Of a DNA stretch of 64,000 bases, positions 40,101 to 48,804 are shown in pieces. The first letter of the stretch is position 1. Each line of letters opens with the position of its first letter. The translations under genes and the position numbers were made by a program. The stretch comes from Aeriscardovia sp. Its GTDB lineage: Bacteria > Actinomycetota > Actinomycetes > Actinomycetales > Bifidobacteriaceae. Under the pieces are notes generated by a model, which was not told the DNA's origin, ran no database searches, and saw nothing but the letters and a program-made list of their open reading frames with translations. Location of the stretch: positions 2,105-66,104 of the forward strand of contig JAXGWH010000004.1 of NCBI GenBank assembly GCA_040773385.1. Direction: 5' to 3'.

Positions 40101-41307
40101 CGGTCTCCGGGCTGAGTGAATCGACGAACTGGCGGTCGAGCCCCTGCCCGGCCTGACGGTCGGCAAGATCAAGAACCATCGGTGCGATGCCTGTCTGGCG
40201 GGCAAGGCGCAGAAACTCCTGTTTCTGACGCGGCCCGTCCGGCACGACGATCACACGGCGGCCGTCGGCGGCGGCGCGACTCGCCACGGCGAGCGCCGGC
40301 GCCACGGAGGCGAGCCCGCCGGGCGTGTCGAGCAGGAACGAGGCACCATCGGAAGCCGCCTGCGCGGCCTTGCGCACGCGGGCGGGGACATCGCCGGCCT
40401 CCCGCTCCTCATGCGGGTCGGGATCGGATGCGTCGATCTGGGAGAGATCCTGCCCGCGCAGCGCAGTGACCACCTGGTGGTCCCCCGCCAGCGCGAGGAC
40501 GGCATGGCTGTGCCGCCGATCCTCCTCCACGGTTCCGCCCGGCCCGATGAGCGGTGCCATGGAGGCGGAGTCGGCGATTTCGCGCGCGCGGCGCACGATC
40601 GCCGATGCCGGGTCGATGAAACAGCCGAAAATGTAGCGCCGGTCGATGGCGAAATCGGCGATATGACGTCTGGCGGCGGCGCTGATGGCCTCCAGCAGGA
40701 CGTTCGTGTCGAGCGAGCCGTCCCGGCCGCGCGCGTCGACGAGCGCGGCCTGCGGGTCGATGAGGATCGACCGGCTGTGCAGCATTGACACGAACCGCGG
40801 GTTGAGCATCGGCCTCTGCTCCACATAGAGCGGGCGACGGGCGAGCCTCCTGCCCTCGTCGGCACCGAGCCGGACGGGGAACAGCAGGACCGGCACCTCA
40901 TAACGGTCCTGCGCCCAGCGTGCCACGCCGGCGGCGAGCTGTATCTGCCCGAACCCGTAGGCGAGCCGGTCGGCCTCGGCCTGGGCCTCGAGACGGGAGA
41001 GGCTACGCTCGCTGGCGGTCAGGTCGGCGGGCTCGTGGAACAGCCCGGCGAGCGTGACCTGTCCTGAGGCGAGCAGACGTGCAACGCCGGTGGGGTGCGC
41101 GTTGGCGAGGTCGAAGGATTCCTTGAGATCACCGAGGCTGGTCAGCGGGTCGGTCCCGTCCCACGGCTCCTGTGCCGCGATCCGGCGCAGACGGTCCTGA
41201 CCATTCGACGCGGCGGTGCCGCCCTGTGACGGGCCTGTCGGCATCTGGTTCTCGTCGTTCGGATAATCCTCGGAATCGGTGATGGAATCCTTATCGGGCA
41301 TCGTCAT
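37150..41307 (-). CDS. Large degenerate helicase-like protein with C-terminal endonuclease-like domain
   Basis: 1385 aa; remnants of SF1 helicase (VILSIGF...FGLLEQEGGDRLL...IVSAF) and C-terminal LERHGWRVLTAWS segment; canonical Walker motifs not visible. Confidence 0.7.
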   Translation of the reverse strand: MTMPDKDSITDSEDYPNDENQMPTGPSQGGTAASNGQDRLRRIAAQEPWDGTDPLTSLGDLKESFDLANAHPTGVARLLASGQVTLAGLFHEPADLTASERSLSRLEAQAEADRLAYGFGQIQLAAGVARWAQDRYEVPVLLFPVRLGADEGRRLARRPLYVEQRPMLNPRFVSMLHSRSILIDPQAALVDARGRDGSLDTNVLLEAISAAARRHIADFAIDRRYIFGCFIDPASAIVRRAREIADSASMAPLIGPGGTVEEDRRHSHAVLALAGDHQVVTALRGQDLSQIDASDPDPHEEREAGDVPARVRKAAQAASDGASFLLDTPGGLASVAPALAVASRAAADGRRVIVVPDGPRQKQEFLRLARQTGIAPMVLDLADRQAGQGLDRQFVDSLSPETGRSTAVTDFNRTADELVGVRSRLDSYFDSLHRPVRPWNVSAYQSIEQLASVSALPSKPRTRVRLSQESAKNLRGRLETTGSALVRLGELGEYTLRPSDTPWYGARLYTNEEAAQAQERVRRLLDQTLPTVREQLSRTVRTCGFVVAQSVEEWGSQISVLQSLRRVLDLFRPEIFEQDLTTALDATLTRKQRAQAGVRMGFWARRRAIRDVRHCLHPGQKPENLHDTLEVVARQGERWRKLVPSGGWPVLPDGLDEIVATFEQMNQDLTALDTVLVTTPGTRPLSESTFVDVDTRLRALYADRGRLADLPELMRLDRQLRQEGLSDLLTDLIDRRVDAQAAPDELRLSWWTTVFESIVQTSRTIADQDDAVLREAVERFRTVDRRHVATIGPLLLKENRRRLSELLYKHSHDANQLHDLLRRETGVTASRLLRERPTLTWAAKPIVVATAARLALEPFEGRTADLVILAGATHMPSAEMLVALEAADSCVLIAHKDALTGGAAVRLASVLPTVPAGQDPADMPTALAAFLSRRGQGARLMPGAGPSAGRVNLVRVSAKGIPSGPSGLVESSSAEVEEVTRRVIATAVERGRQAGSRIVRPLTVFTLNEYDAGLLRRSLAQAARKSSDLRSFLPSVLVTTIAHSAGAPVGDVILSIGFAPTMHGVLLQQFGLLEQEGGDRLLLDALSLTGGDLTIVSAFSSSDMQDERLHEAGPRVLKMLLRWAESLGATGEGATQHPDQEGVLMRDLARRLRERGVMAAVGYGFKDCVCLPLAVGTPKLGYRWAVMTDNARFMDEKSLRYRFRLLPGRLERHGWRVLTAWSVGTFINPDAVVAEILAAIGPENIPAPASSEQDPRDGLSAAPSGRSASSRPDVGHSKASDAAHDGADDADHGPTLAASGGPAPAQGSISDLLAGHDGPDAPAPAPKTPTSETSENPAAQTPDGPKTPDGPTTPEPTAPKPQSRTSKEAGPGSSESEAPTPKARD

Positions 41308-41379
41308 ACTTTCCTATCACTGTCGTCTTTCCGCTGTCGTCTCTCGGCAGCCCACCGGGATACCCCCGGTCCTGTCCCG

Positions 41380-42441
41380 TCAGTTCTGTGCCGTCGTGGG
41401 GTGGTAACCGGGATTGTGGTCCAGCGCCGCGGCGATGACCGGGTCGGGGATAGAGGCGAGCCAGTCGTACAGCTCCTGGTACAGATACGGGTTCGCCGCC
41501 AGGAACGGCAGGAGCTGGCGGTGGCGGGCCATCTGAAACTGTTTGTCATGATCGGCGCTGTGGCGTGCCTCGTCGCTCGTCAGCCCGTCGACGACGACCT
41601 GAGGGGTCTGCTTCGGCCCCATCTCGCCGCGGGTGAGACGGTCGAACACCGATCCCGGTTCGAAGCCGGTGGAACCCGCCGGTGCCGAGCCGTCCGGTGC
41701 CTTGCTGGCACGCACGGAGGCTCGTACCCGGCTCGCGTCGAACATGTCGGTCGGCTCGCCCTCGCGGGCGGCGACGATGTCATCGACGCCCCCCGCCAGA
41801 TCGGAGGGTCCCTCATTCTGGGCACCGTGGGCGAACAGGTCCGACCCGCTCTCCTGCGTGCCCTGGGCGGGTGACACCGGGGAGACTGCCGATGCGGCGT
41901 GTGTCCCGGTCCCGGCCGACGGGTTTCCGGCCGTACTTGTGCCGGCCGCACTTGTGCCGGCTGCACTTGTTCCGGCCGCAGACGCATCGGCCGACGGTGT
42001 TTCGGCCGACGGCTCCTCGGTCCGCACGCCCGCCGGCACCCCGGCCGGCGCCGTCTCGGTCCGCACTGCCGCAGGCAGGTCATGGCGTGTCAGCTCCAGA
42101 CCGATGTCGCCCAGCTGCAGGCGCACGGGCGACTCGTCAAGCTGCAGCGTGCGTCGGGCGGGCAGACGGATGAGCCGGCTGTCCGGCCGCACCACATACG
42201 TGCCGTTGGTGGAGGCGAGGTCCTCGACGGTCGCCGCCCCCTGGGGGTCGAGACTGAGCAGCAGATGCCGCTTCGACATGGAGCGCTGCGCGTCGGGGAT
42301 CGAGAGCCGCTTGGCCTTCTCCGGCGGCAGGGAGCCCGGCCGCAGCGGCGTGCGGCCGATGACGACGCTCTCGCCCGGTTCGATGCGATAGCGCTGACCT
42401 GTGCTGATGATGGTGATGTACCAGTCGTGACGCTGAGCCAT
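41380..42441 (-). CDS. FHA-domain protein with C-terminal LRV-like repeat
   Basis: VIGR...SMSKRH...EDLASTNGTYV FHA signature; C-terminal LAANPYLYQELYDWLAS. Confidence 0.88.
   Translation of the reverse strand: MAQRHDWYITIISTGQRYRIEPGESVVIGRTPLRPGSLPPEKAKRLSIPDAQRSMSKRHLLLSLDPQGAATVEDLASTNGTYVVRPDSRLIRLPARRTLQLDESPVRLQLGDIGLELTRHDLPAAVRTETAPAGVPAGVRTEEPSAETPSADASAAGTSAAGTSAAGTSTAGNPSAGTGTHAASAVSPVSPAQGTQESGSDLFAHGAQNEGPSDLAGGVDDIVAAREGEPTDMFDASRVRASVRASKAPDGSAPAGSTGFEPGSVFDRLTRGEMGPKQTPQVVVDGLTSDEARHSADHDKQFQMARHRQLLPFLAANPYLYQELYDWLASIPDPVIAAALDHNPGYHPTTAQN
41927..41980. repeat. 15-bp tandem repeat encoding (AAGTS)n
   Basis: ccggccgtacttgtg / ccggccgcacttgtg / ccggctgcacttgtt / ccggccgca in the FHA linker. 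Confidence 0.8.
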
Positions 42442-42716
42442 GTTCCCCTCCGACGAGACGTTTCCTTCTTAAATGTACAGGCGAGGAGGGGCCGATGGTG
42501 AAAACATGTCAAAAACGTGAGGGATTGTCACCGGATGACGACAACACCGCGCCGCGAAAACAAAAAAATCCCGCCCCTCCCCCGGCAGAGCGGATCGATC
42601 AGAAATGACCGACCGGACCGGGAAAGAGACGGGACAGAAGAGATCCCCGCCCGGGCAGATCCCGCGTGGGTCACCAAAGGGGTGACAAGCGCGGGATCAT
42701 GCCCTGCGGGACAGGC

Positions 42717-43100
42717 TCACTTGAGGTCGACGGTGGCGCCGGCGTCCTGCAGGGCCTTCTGGGCGGCCTTGGCGTCGTCGGAAGAGGCACCCTTGAGGAT
42801 GGTGGACGGGACCTTGTCGGTCAGGGCCTTGGAATCGGCGAGACCCTTCTTGGTGATCTCGCGGATGGCCTTGATGACCTGGATCTTCTTGGCGCCGACA
42901 TCGGTGAGGACGACGTCGAACTCGGACTTCTCCTCGGCGGCCGGGGCGGCACCCGCGGCCGGGGCGGCGACGGCGGCCACAGGGGCGGCGGCCTTGACGT
43001 CGAACTTATCCTCGAACGCCTTGACGAAATCGTTGAGCTCGACGAGCGTCATGTTCTCGAACTGGGCGAGGAGATCTTCCTGGGAGAGCTTGTCAGCCAT
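42717..43100 (-). CDS. rplL: 50S ribosomal protein L7/L12
   Basis: FEDKFDVKAAAPVAA...EEKSEFDVVL...KKIQVIK. Confidence 0.99.
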   Translation of the reverse strand: MADKLSQEDLLAQFENMTLVELNDFVKAFEDKFDVKAAAPVAAVAAPAAGAAPAAEEKSEFDVVLTDVGAKKIQVIKAIREITKKGLADSKALTDKVPSTILKGASSDDAKAAQKALQDAGATVDLK

Positions 43101-43197
43101 GATGGCTTCCTTTCAATCTGCGGACTTTCTGACCGCGTATCAAAATTTTTATGTGTGCCGCGATGCCACGCGGCGAGGAAGCAGATGAGCGGGAGGC

Positions 43198-43713
43198 TCA
43201 GGCCTGCTTCTTGTCGGCGAGCGCATCGATGGTGCGCACGGCCTTGGTCGGCAGCTGCTGCATGACGCGGACGGCCTTGGCGATGGACTCCTTGATGTCC
43301 CCTGCGAACGACGAGAGCGCCTGCTCCCGGGTCTGCATGTCGGCGAGGCGGACCACCTCGCCGGCGGAGAGGACGGAACCATCGAGATAACCACCCTTGA
43401 GCGTCAGCTGCTTGTTGTCCTTGGCGAAGTCACGGAGGGTCTTGGCCCCGGCGACGTAGTCACCCTTGAGGAAGGTGATGGCGGACGGTCCCTTGATGGA
43501 ATCGTCAAGGCCCTCGACACCTGCCTCGTGGGCGGCGATGCGTGCCAGCGTGTTCTTCGCCACGGTGTAGCTCGCATCCTGACCCAGCTTCTGTCGAAGC
43601 TCCGTCACCTGGGCGACGGTCAGGCCACGATACTCGGTCAGAACAACGGCGTCAGCGTCCTTGAACTTCTCGGTCAGGACCTTGATCGCCGCCGTCTTCT
43701 GAGACTTATCCAT
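43198..43713 (-). CDS. rplJ: 50S ribosomal protein L10
   Basis: EYRGLTV, VAKNTLARIAA; GGAAGG RBS. Confidence 0.98.
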   Translation of the reverse strand: MDKSQKTAAIKVLTEKFKDADAVVLTEYRGLTVAQVTELRQKLGQDASYTVAKNTLARIAAHEAGVEGLDDSIKGPSAITFLKGDYVAGAKTLRDFAKDNKQLTLKGGYLDGSVLSAGEVVRLADMQTREQALSSFAGDIKESIAKAVRVMQQLPTKAVRTIDALADKKQA

Positions 43714-43769
43714 GGCGTTCCTTCCTGTGAGAACCGCAGGGTGATCTTCCCCGGACCGGAAGGGCAGGC

Positions 43770-43868
43770 ATAAAAAAAGCCCTGCGCGCGGCAGAGCATC
43801 CATGACGAACGTTCCCCTGCGCTGGCCCTTGCGGTTTGTGGAAAATCCACCAACGGTCTCTGGTTAAC
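43770..43868 (-). ncRNA. L10 ribosomal protein leader with attenuator hairpin
   Basis: agaccgttggt...ccagcgcagg paired element resembling L10 leader, then gctctgc-cgcgc-gcagggc-T7 hairpin upstream of rplJ. Confidence 0.75.
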
Positions 43869-43937
43869 GTCTCCAATGATACACAGGGGCCGGACGACAT
43901 CACTGGCGCGACACGCCCGGCCCCGCGGGCATCACCC

Positions 43938-44768
43938 TCACATCCTCCTGCAGATGGCGACGACGAGCCGGGAGGCCGTGTCGGCATACTCGGAGATGTC
44001 AAAGTGGTGGAACTGCGTGTAGTTGGTGTCCGTGTTGTCGGAAAGGGCGCGGATGACGAGCACCGGCACGTCGTTCTTGACGGCGATGTGCGCCACGGCG
44101 GCGCCCTCCATCTCCACGCAGTCGGCGTGCGTCTGCTCGCGGGCGCGTGTGCGCTTCTCGTCGTTGTCCACGAAGATGTTGCCCGTGGCGATGACGCCCA
44201 CCATGTAGCGCACCGATTCCTCGTCGAGCGCCTGCTCGGCGATGCGGATGAGGCTCGGGTCGCTGTGGTACTCGGACAGGCCCGGCGCGGCTTGCGAGAT
44301 GAGGCGCATGTCGGAGTCCATGTAGCGCAGCGTGCCGCCGAGGATCACGTCGTTGACGTCGAGCCTGTTGGTGAGGTTGCCGGCGATGCCGGAGAAGATG
44401 ACCGCCTTGGGATGGAAGCGCGTGATGAGGAACTGCGTTGCGGCGCCCGCGGCCACGGTGCCCATACCGGCGACCGTCGCGACGATTGTCAGGCGCGCGC
44501 CTCGGTTGCTCGTGATGGTCCCGCGGATCACCTCGAGACCTGCCTCGTGCGTGCGGGTCACATCCTGCAGCAGGCCGGCGAGGAGCCGGACCTCCTCGTC
44601 CATCGCGCCGAGGACGGCGATGGTCGGGTCCTGCCCGTCCGTGTCCGCACCGGCGTCCTGTGACGACGCGGCGGTGTCCTGCGCGGCGGTGTCCTGCGCG
44701 TCGACGGCCTCCTGCCGCATCGGGGTCGTGTCCGGTGTCGTGTCGTGACCGCTCTGAGCGTCCGCCAT
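43938..44768 (-). CDS. mtnN: 5'-methylthioadenosine/S-adenosylhomocysteine nucleosidase
   Basis: LGAMDEE, FSGIAG, VEMEGAAVAH, IRALSD. Confidence 0.93.
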   Translation of the reverse strand: MADAQSGHDTTPDTTPMRQEAVDAQDTAAQDTAASSQDAGADTDGQDPTIAVLGAMDEEVRLLAGLLQDVTRTHEAGLEVIRGTITSNRGARLTIVATVAGMGTVAAGAATQFLITRFHPKAVIFSGIAGNLTNRLDVNDVILGGTLRYMDSDMRLISQAAPGLSEYHSDPSLIRIAEQALDEESVRYMVGVIATGNIFVDNDEKRTRAREQTHADCVEMEGAAVAHIAVKNDVPVLVIRALSDNTDTNYTQFHHFDISEYADTASRLVVAICRRM

Positions 44769-44888
44769 GCGGTTCCTCCTCATTCTCTCCGCTGTCCTCC
44801 CGATCCTCTTTTGTCAGGAGGGCTTCCTCTCTGGCCCGGCCGGGCTGCTACCCAGACGGGCCGCGGCCCTGGGCGGGCTGTATGCCGC

Positions 44889-46241
44889 TCAGGCGAGCGC
44901 ACCCATCGGATCCCAGGCCGGCAGGCTCACGCGCGGCTTGCTGTAGCCGGCGAGCAGGTCGGCAGGGATGACGGACTTCGGCACGGCGGCCTCGAACACA
45001 TAGGCGTCGAACCAGTCATCGGCGAGGGTGAAGTAACCCTTGTCGGCGATGTCCTCGCCCCACGAGTTCTCCACACGCCAGCGGCGCGGGGTGCCGTCAT
45101 CGGCCACGTCGACGCCGTCGAAGGCCATGGCGTGGTTCATCGCGGAGTCGGCGAAGCGCACGCGCTGCTCCTTGGTCATCGAGCTTGGCTCGAAGCCGTA
45201 GACGGACTGGTAGTCGTAGAGCTTCGTGGACATGCCGCCGCCCTGGCGGTCCATGTACGGGCCGGACTGGGAGCCGAACCACACCGGGGCCTTGGTGGTC
45301 TGCAGCGCCTTGAGGGCCATGAGCTTGAGGTCTTCGATGGTGACGTTGAGGTACTCGGTGGGGTCGCCCTCTGCCACGTTGCCGAGGTGCTCGATGGCGA
45401 GCACCTGGCCGGGCTTGTGCTCACGGCGCGGATCGGCCACGAGGCAGACATAGTCCTCGAGGTGGCCCGGGCCGACGTACTTGTTCCAGAACTCGACCGG
45501 GGTCATCTGCCCGTCACGGTGGAACTGGTCGTCGTCATCGGTGTACTCCCAGTCGAAGCGGGTGGGCGGCACGCCGAGGTGGATGTTGAGGATGGTGTGG
45601 GCGCGCTCCACGCCGTCGGCGACGATAGCCTTGAGGCCGTCCTCGTCGCCCTTGGCGTCATAAAGGCGGCAGACCGCGTCGCGCAGCATGTGCTGCAGCT
45701 GCGTGTCCATCTCCGAGGTGTTCTTGCTGGAAGCGGTCTCCGGGTAGAACTGCTTGGGGACGGCGCCATACTTCTTGTAGAGGTTCATGGCCATGGTCCA
45801 CTGGCCGCCGTCGCCCATCACGGTCTGCAGCTGGTACTGCACAAGGCGCGAGTCCGCCGGCTCGCCGGCCTGGACGAGGGAGGCCATGTCCTGCAGGAAG
45901 TAGTTGGCGCGCTCGAGCTTGTCCCAGTACATGGCGTAGTTCTGCGAGAACTCGAAGTCCTGCTTGGCGATGCCCATCTCGCGCTTGGCGATGAAACGGG
46001 CCACGTTGAGGGAGCTGAACAGCCAGCAGCGGCCGGAACGGCGCTGGTTGGTGACCTTGCCCTGGTCGATCTTCAGTGAGAAGACCGGCGGGAGATTGCG
46101 GGAGGTGTCATGGTCGAACGCCACGGCGCCCAGGCCGTTCCTGGTGACGGCGTTGAGAGCCAGCTTGTTGGCCTCGCGCGCGTCGAAATCACGTGTCAGG
46201 CCGTCGCGACGGTCCTGGTCGAGCGGTGCGAAATCTGCCAT
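44889..46241 (-). CDS. pepC: Aminopeptidase C (C1B, bleomycin hydrolase family)
   Basis: NQRRSGRCWLF, MNHAM, WRVENSWG catalytic motifs. Confidence 0.96.
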   Translation of the reverse strand: MADFAPLDQDRRDGLTRDFDAREANKLALNAVTRNGLGAVAFDHDTSRNLPPVFSLKIDQGKVTNQRRSGRCWLFSSLNVARFIAKREMGIAKQDFEFSQNYAMYWDKLERANYFLQDMASLVQAGEPADSRLVQYQLQTVMGDGGQWTMAMNLYKKYGAVPKQFYPETASSKNTSEMDTQLQHMLRDAVCRLYDAKGDEDGLKAIVADGVERAHTILNIHLGVPPTRFDWEYTDDDDQFHRDGQMTPVEFWNKYVGPGHLEDYVCLVADPRREHKPGQVLAIEHLGNVAEGDPTEYLNVTIEDLKLMALKALQTTKAPVWFGSQSGPYMDRQGGGMSTKLYDYQSVYGFEPSSMTKEQRVRFADSAMNHAMAFDGVDVADDGTPRRWRVENSWGEDIADKGYFTLADDWFDAYVFEAAVPKSVIPADLLAGYSKPRVSLPAWDPMGALA

Positions 46242-46453
46242 AGGATGCCCTTTCTGGATAATTCGTGCCATGCCGGCGGGTTGCGGCCGCCGGGGGCGGT
46301 GTGATGGAGGTGACCGTTCCCCACTCTAACGGTGGCCGGTTATCGGCAGATGACATCCGCGAACAAACACAGAAACGGTCACGGGAACGGATCGGGAACG
46401 GATACAGGGACAGACGCGAGAACGCGCTGATGCCCGCGGTCACATCCCGGGAC

Positions 46454-46486
46454 AAAAAAGGGGACGGCCCTTTCGGACCGTCCCCT
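46454..46486 (-). terminator. Intrinsic terminator
   Basis: aggggacggt-ccgaaag-ggccgtcccc-tttttt. Confidence 0.85.
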
Positions 46487-46510
46487 CAGGATTGGCGTCA
46501 GAACGACGAC

Positions 46511-47893
46511 TCAGGCCTGAGCCCGGCCGGCCTGCGCGCCCTGGCCGCCCTGCGATGCCTGCGCCTGTGCCTGCTGTGACGCCGGCGCAGGGGCGGGGGT
46601 GTCCCCGTCCTCGGCCTCCTCGGCCGGGGTCGGTGCGGGCGCGGGCTTCATGAAGCTGCCGAACGCCTGAGAGAACATCGAGCGCAGCTCGTCCACGCGC
46701 TGGGTGATGGACGCCTCGCGGGTCTGCAGGTCCTTGATGCGCTTGTTGAGGCCGTCGATCTCCTTCTGGGCGGCGTCACGCTGCGACTGGATCTGCTCGG
46801 CGGCCTTGACGGACGCCTCGTGGATGGTGGAGCTTGCCTGCTGGTCGGCGTCCTTGCGCTTGGCGTCGGCGTACGCGTCGGCCTCGTCGCGGGTCTTGCG
46901 CGCCTGGGCGAGGATCTCGGCGCTCTTCTTCTCGTTGTTCTCGCGGCGCGTCTTGAGGTCGGCAAGCAGCTCGTTGATCTTGGCGGTGGCCTCCGCCTGC
47001 TTGCCCTCGATCTCCTTGTGCACCTTCTCATACTCGGTTGCGGCCTTGGAGAGCGTGTTGGCGCGGGAGACGTCGGCCTGGTCCTGGATCTGCTTCGCCT
47101 GGGCGGTGGCCGCGTCGGCGATCTCGCCCGCCTTGCGGTGCGCGTCCGAGAGGAGCTTGCTCACCTGCTCGCGTGCCTGGGCGAGCTGTTTGTTCGCCTG
47201 CTCAATGGCCGCCTGGATCTGGTCATTCGCCTCCGACTTGAGGCGGGTGATCTCATCGTTGGCCTTCTTGCGCTCGTCGGCGACCTCCTGGGCCGCGTCC
47301 GCCTTCTTCTTGGCGATGGCGCTCTCCTGGCCGCTCTTCCACGCCTCGAACTTCTTGCTGTTCTCGTCACGGGTGTTCGCCAGCTCGAGGGCGAGGGAGT
47401 CGCGCTTCTCCTGCACCTCGTGGCTCACCTCGCTCTCCTGCTGCGCGGCGGCCTGCTTGGCGGAGGTGACGATGGTGTCGGCCTTGTCGTTGGCCTTCTT
47501 GAGCAGGGAGTCCTTCTGCGCGTTCGCCTGGGAGATGATGGAGGCCGCCTGGTTGTTGGCGTTGTTGATGATGGTCTGTGCCTTCTGCTGGGCGCCCTCA
47601 CGGATGGTGGCCGCGTCCTTCTTGGCGCGGGAGAGCAGCTCGGCGCTCGTCTGCTCGGCCGAGGCGAGCAGCTGCTGGGCGTTGGCGCCGAGGGAGGCGA
47701 AGGAATCCTTCGAGGCCGGCGCGTTCTTCTTCTTTTTCTCCTCCTCCAGCTGTGCCTGGAGGTTGAGGATCCTCGAATCGTATTGTTTGATCTGCTCTCG
47801 CATCAGTCGTCCGGATTCCTCATAATCCGAGACGGCACGGTCGACTTTTTCACGGTCGTAACCATGGAAGACGACAGGGAAAGACTCAGGCAT
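46511..47893 (-). CDS. DivIVA-domain long coiled-coil protein (FilP/Scy-like)
   Basis: FPVVFHGYDREKVD DivIVA-type N-terminus, Ala/Glu/Gln/Lys-rich coiled coil. Confidence 0.8.
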   Translation of the reverse strand: MPESFPVVFHGYDREKVDRAVSDYEESGRLMREQIKQYDSRILNLQAQLEEEKKKKNAPASKDSFASLGANAQQLLASAEQTSAELLSRAKKDAATIREGAQQKAQTIINNANNQAASIISQANAQKDSLLKKANDKADTIVTSAKQAAAQQESEVSHEVQEKRDSLALELANTRDENSKKFEAWKSGQESAIAKKKADAAQEVADERKKANDEITRLKSEANDQIQAAIEQANKQLAQAREQVSKLLSDAHRKAGEIADAATAQAKQIQDQADVSRANTLSKAATEYEKVHKEIEGKQAEATAKINELLADLKTRRENNEKKSAEILAQARKTRDEADAYADAKRKDADQQASSTIHEASVKAAEQIQSQRDAAQKEIDGLNKRIKDLQTREASITQRVDELRSMFSQAFGSFMKPAPAPTPAEEAEDGDTPAPAPASQQAQAQASQGGQGAQAGRAQA

Positions 47894-48062
47894 CGGGACC
47901 TCCGAAAATGTCAGCGGGCACACGCCCATTCGGTTCATGCGATTATGGCAGGATCCATTTTAGACGGCGGCCGGTCAGCGACCCGTGTGCCGGGGGCGCA
48001 ATCGGGCGACCTGCCCGGTTCCGCCACAATCCGCGCCTATAGGCCGTCTGTATGCTGGTGGT

Positions 48063-48755
48063 ATGCGGCATTACACAGTCCTCGTGACAGGTTTCGAGAC
48101 ACCCGAGGGAGGGGACGCGACGCTCTCCCCCACGACCATCACGGCCCGCCGGCTCGGCGGCGCCGACACGCTCGGACGTCTGCGCGCCAGGACGAACCTC
48201 GATCTGGAGGTCGTCCCGGTGCTCCTGCCGCTCAGCTTCCGACGCGGCTGGCCGGCCCTCCGGCAGGCCATCGACGAGCACAGACCGTGCCTGACCGTGA
48301 TCCTGGGCCACAAGGGCGGCATCCACGGGGTCACGCTCGAGCGCTCGGCCATCAACCGCATCCAGACCGACAAGCCGGACGACGACGGCGTCCAGCCGCT
48401 GCCCGGCTCCATCATCGAGAACGGTCCGGCCGCGTTCTGGACGCGCCTGCCGCTCTCCCGCGTGCTCTCCGCGTTCGCCGACGCGCACGTGCCGGCCTCG
48501 CTCTCCTCGGACGCCGGCACGTATGTGTGCAACATGCTTTTCTACCGACTGATGGACTTCTCCTCGAGGACCCCGGACCAGATGGGCGGGCTCATGTGCC
48601 TGCCGGACTTCTCCCGTCCCACGGAGGATGTGACGGCCGGGAAGGTGGGGCTGACGTCCGACCAGATGCTGACCGCCGGCGAGGAGCTCATCGCCACCAC
48701 GCTCGTCTACGAGCAGCGGGCGCTGGAGGAGAAAGAGGCGTCGCCCACGGCGTGA
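48063..48755 (+). CDS. pcp: Pyroglutamyl peptidase I (C15)
   Basis: VLVTGFE, LERSAIN, SSDAGTYVCN. Confidence 0.88.
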   Translation: MRHYTVLVTGFETPEGGDATLSPTTITARRLGGADTLGRLRARTNLDLEVVPVLLPLSFRRGWPALRQAIDEHRPCLTVILGHKGGIHGVTLERSAINRIQTDKPDDDGVQPLPGSIIENGPAAFWTRLPLSRVLSAFADAHVPASLSSDAGTYVCNMLFYRLMDFSSRTPDQMGGLMCLPDFSRPTEDVTAGKVGLTSDQMLTAGEELIATTLVYEQRALEEKEASPTA

Positions 48756-48799
48756 GACGCGCCCCCTCGGTCCTGACGCGTCGCCCACGGCGTGAGACG
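48738..48799. repeat. Perfect 22-bp direct repeat spanning the pcp stop codon
   Basis: gcgtcgcccacggcgtgagacg at 48738-48759 and 48778-48799. Confidence 0.9.
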
Positions 48800-48804
48800 G
48801 CGTT

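Noticed and set aside
41304-41549. 81-aa ORF bridging the FHA gene and the helicase-like gene
   Set aside because: Mostly overlaps the FHA gene in another frame, with no RBS or motif support.
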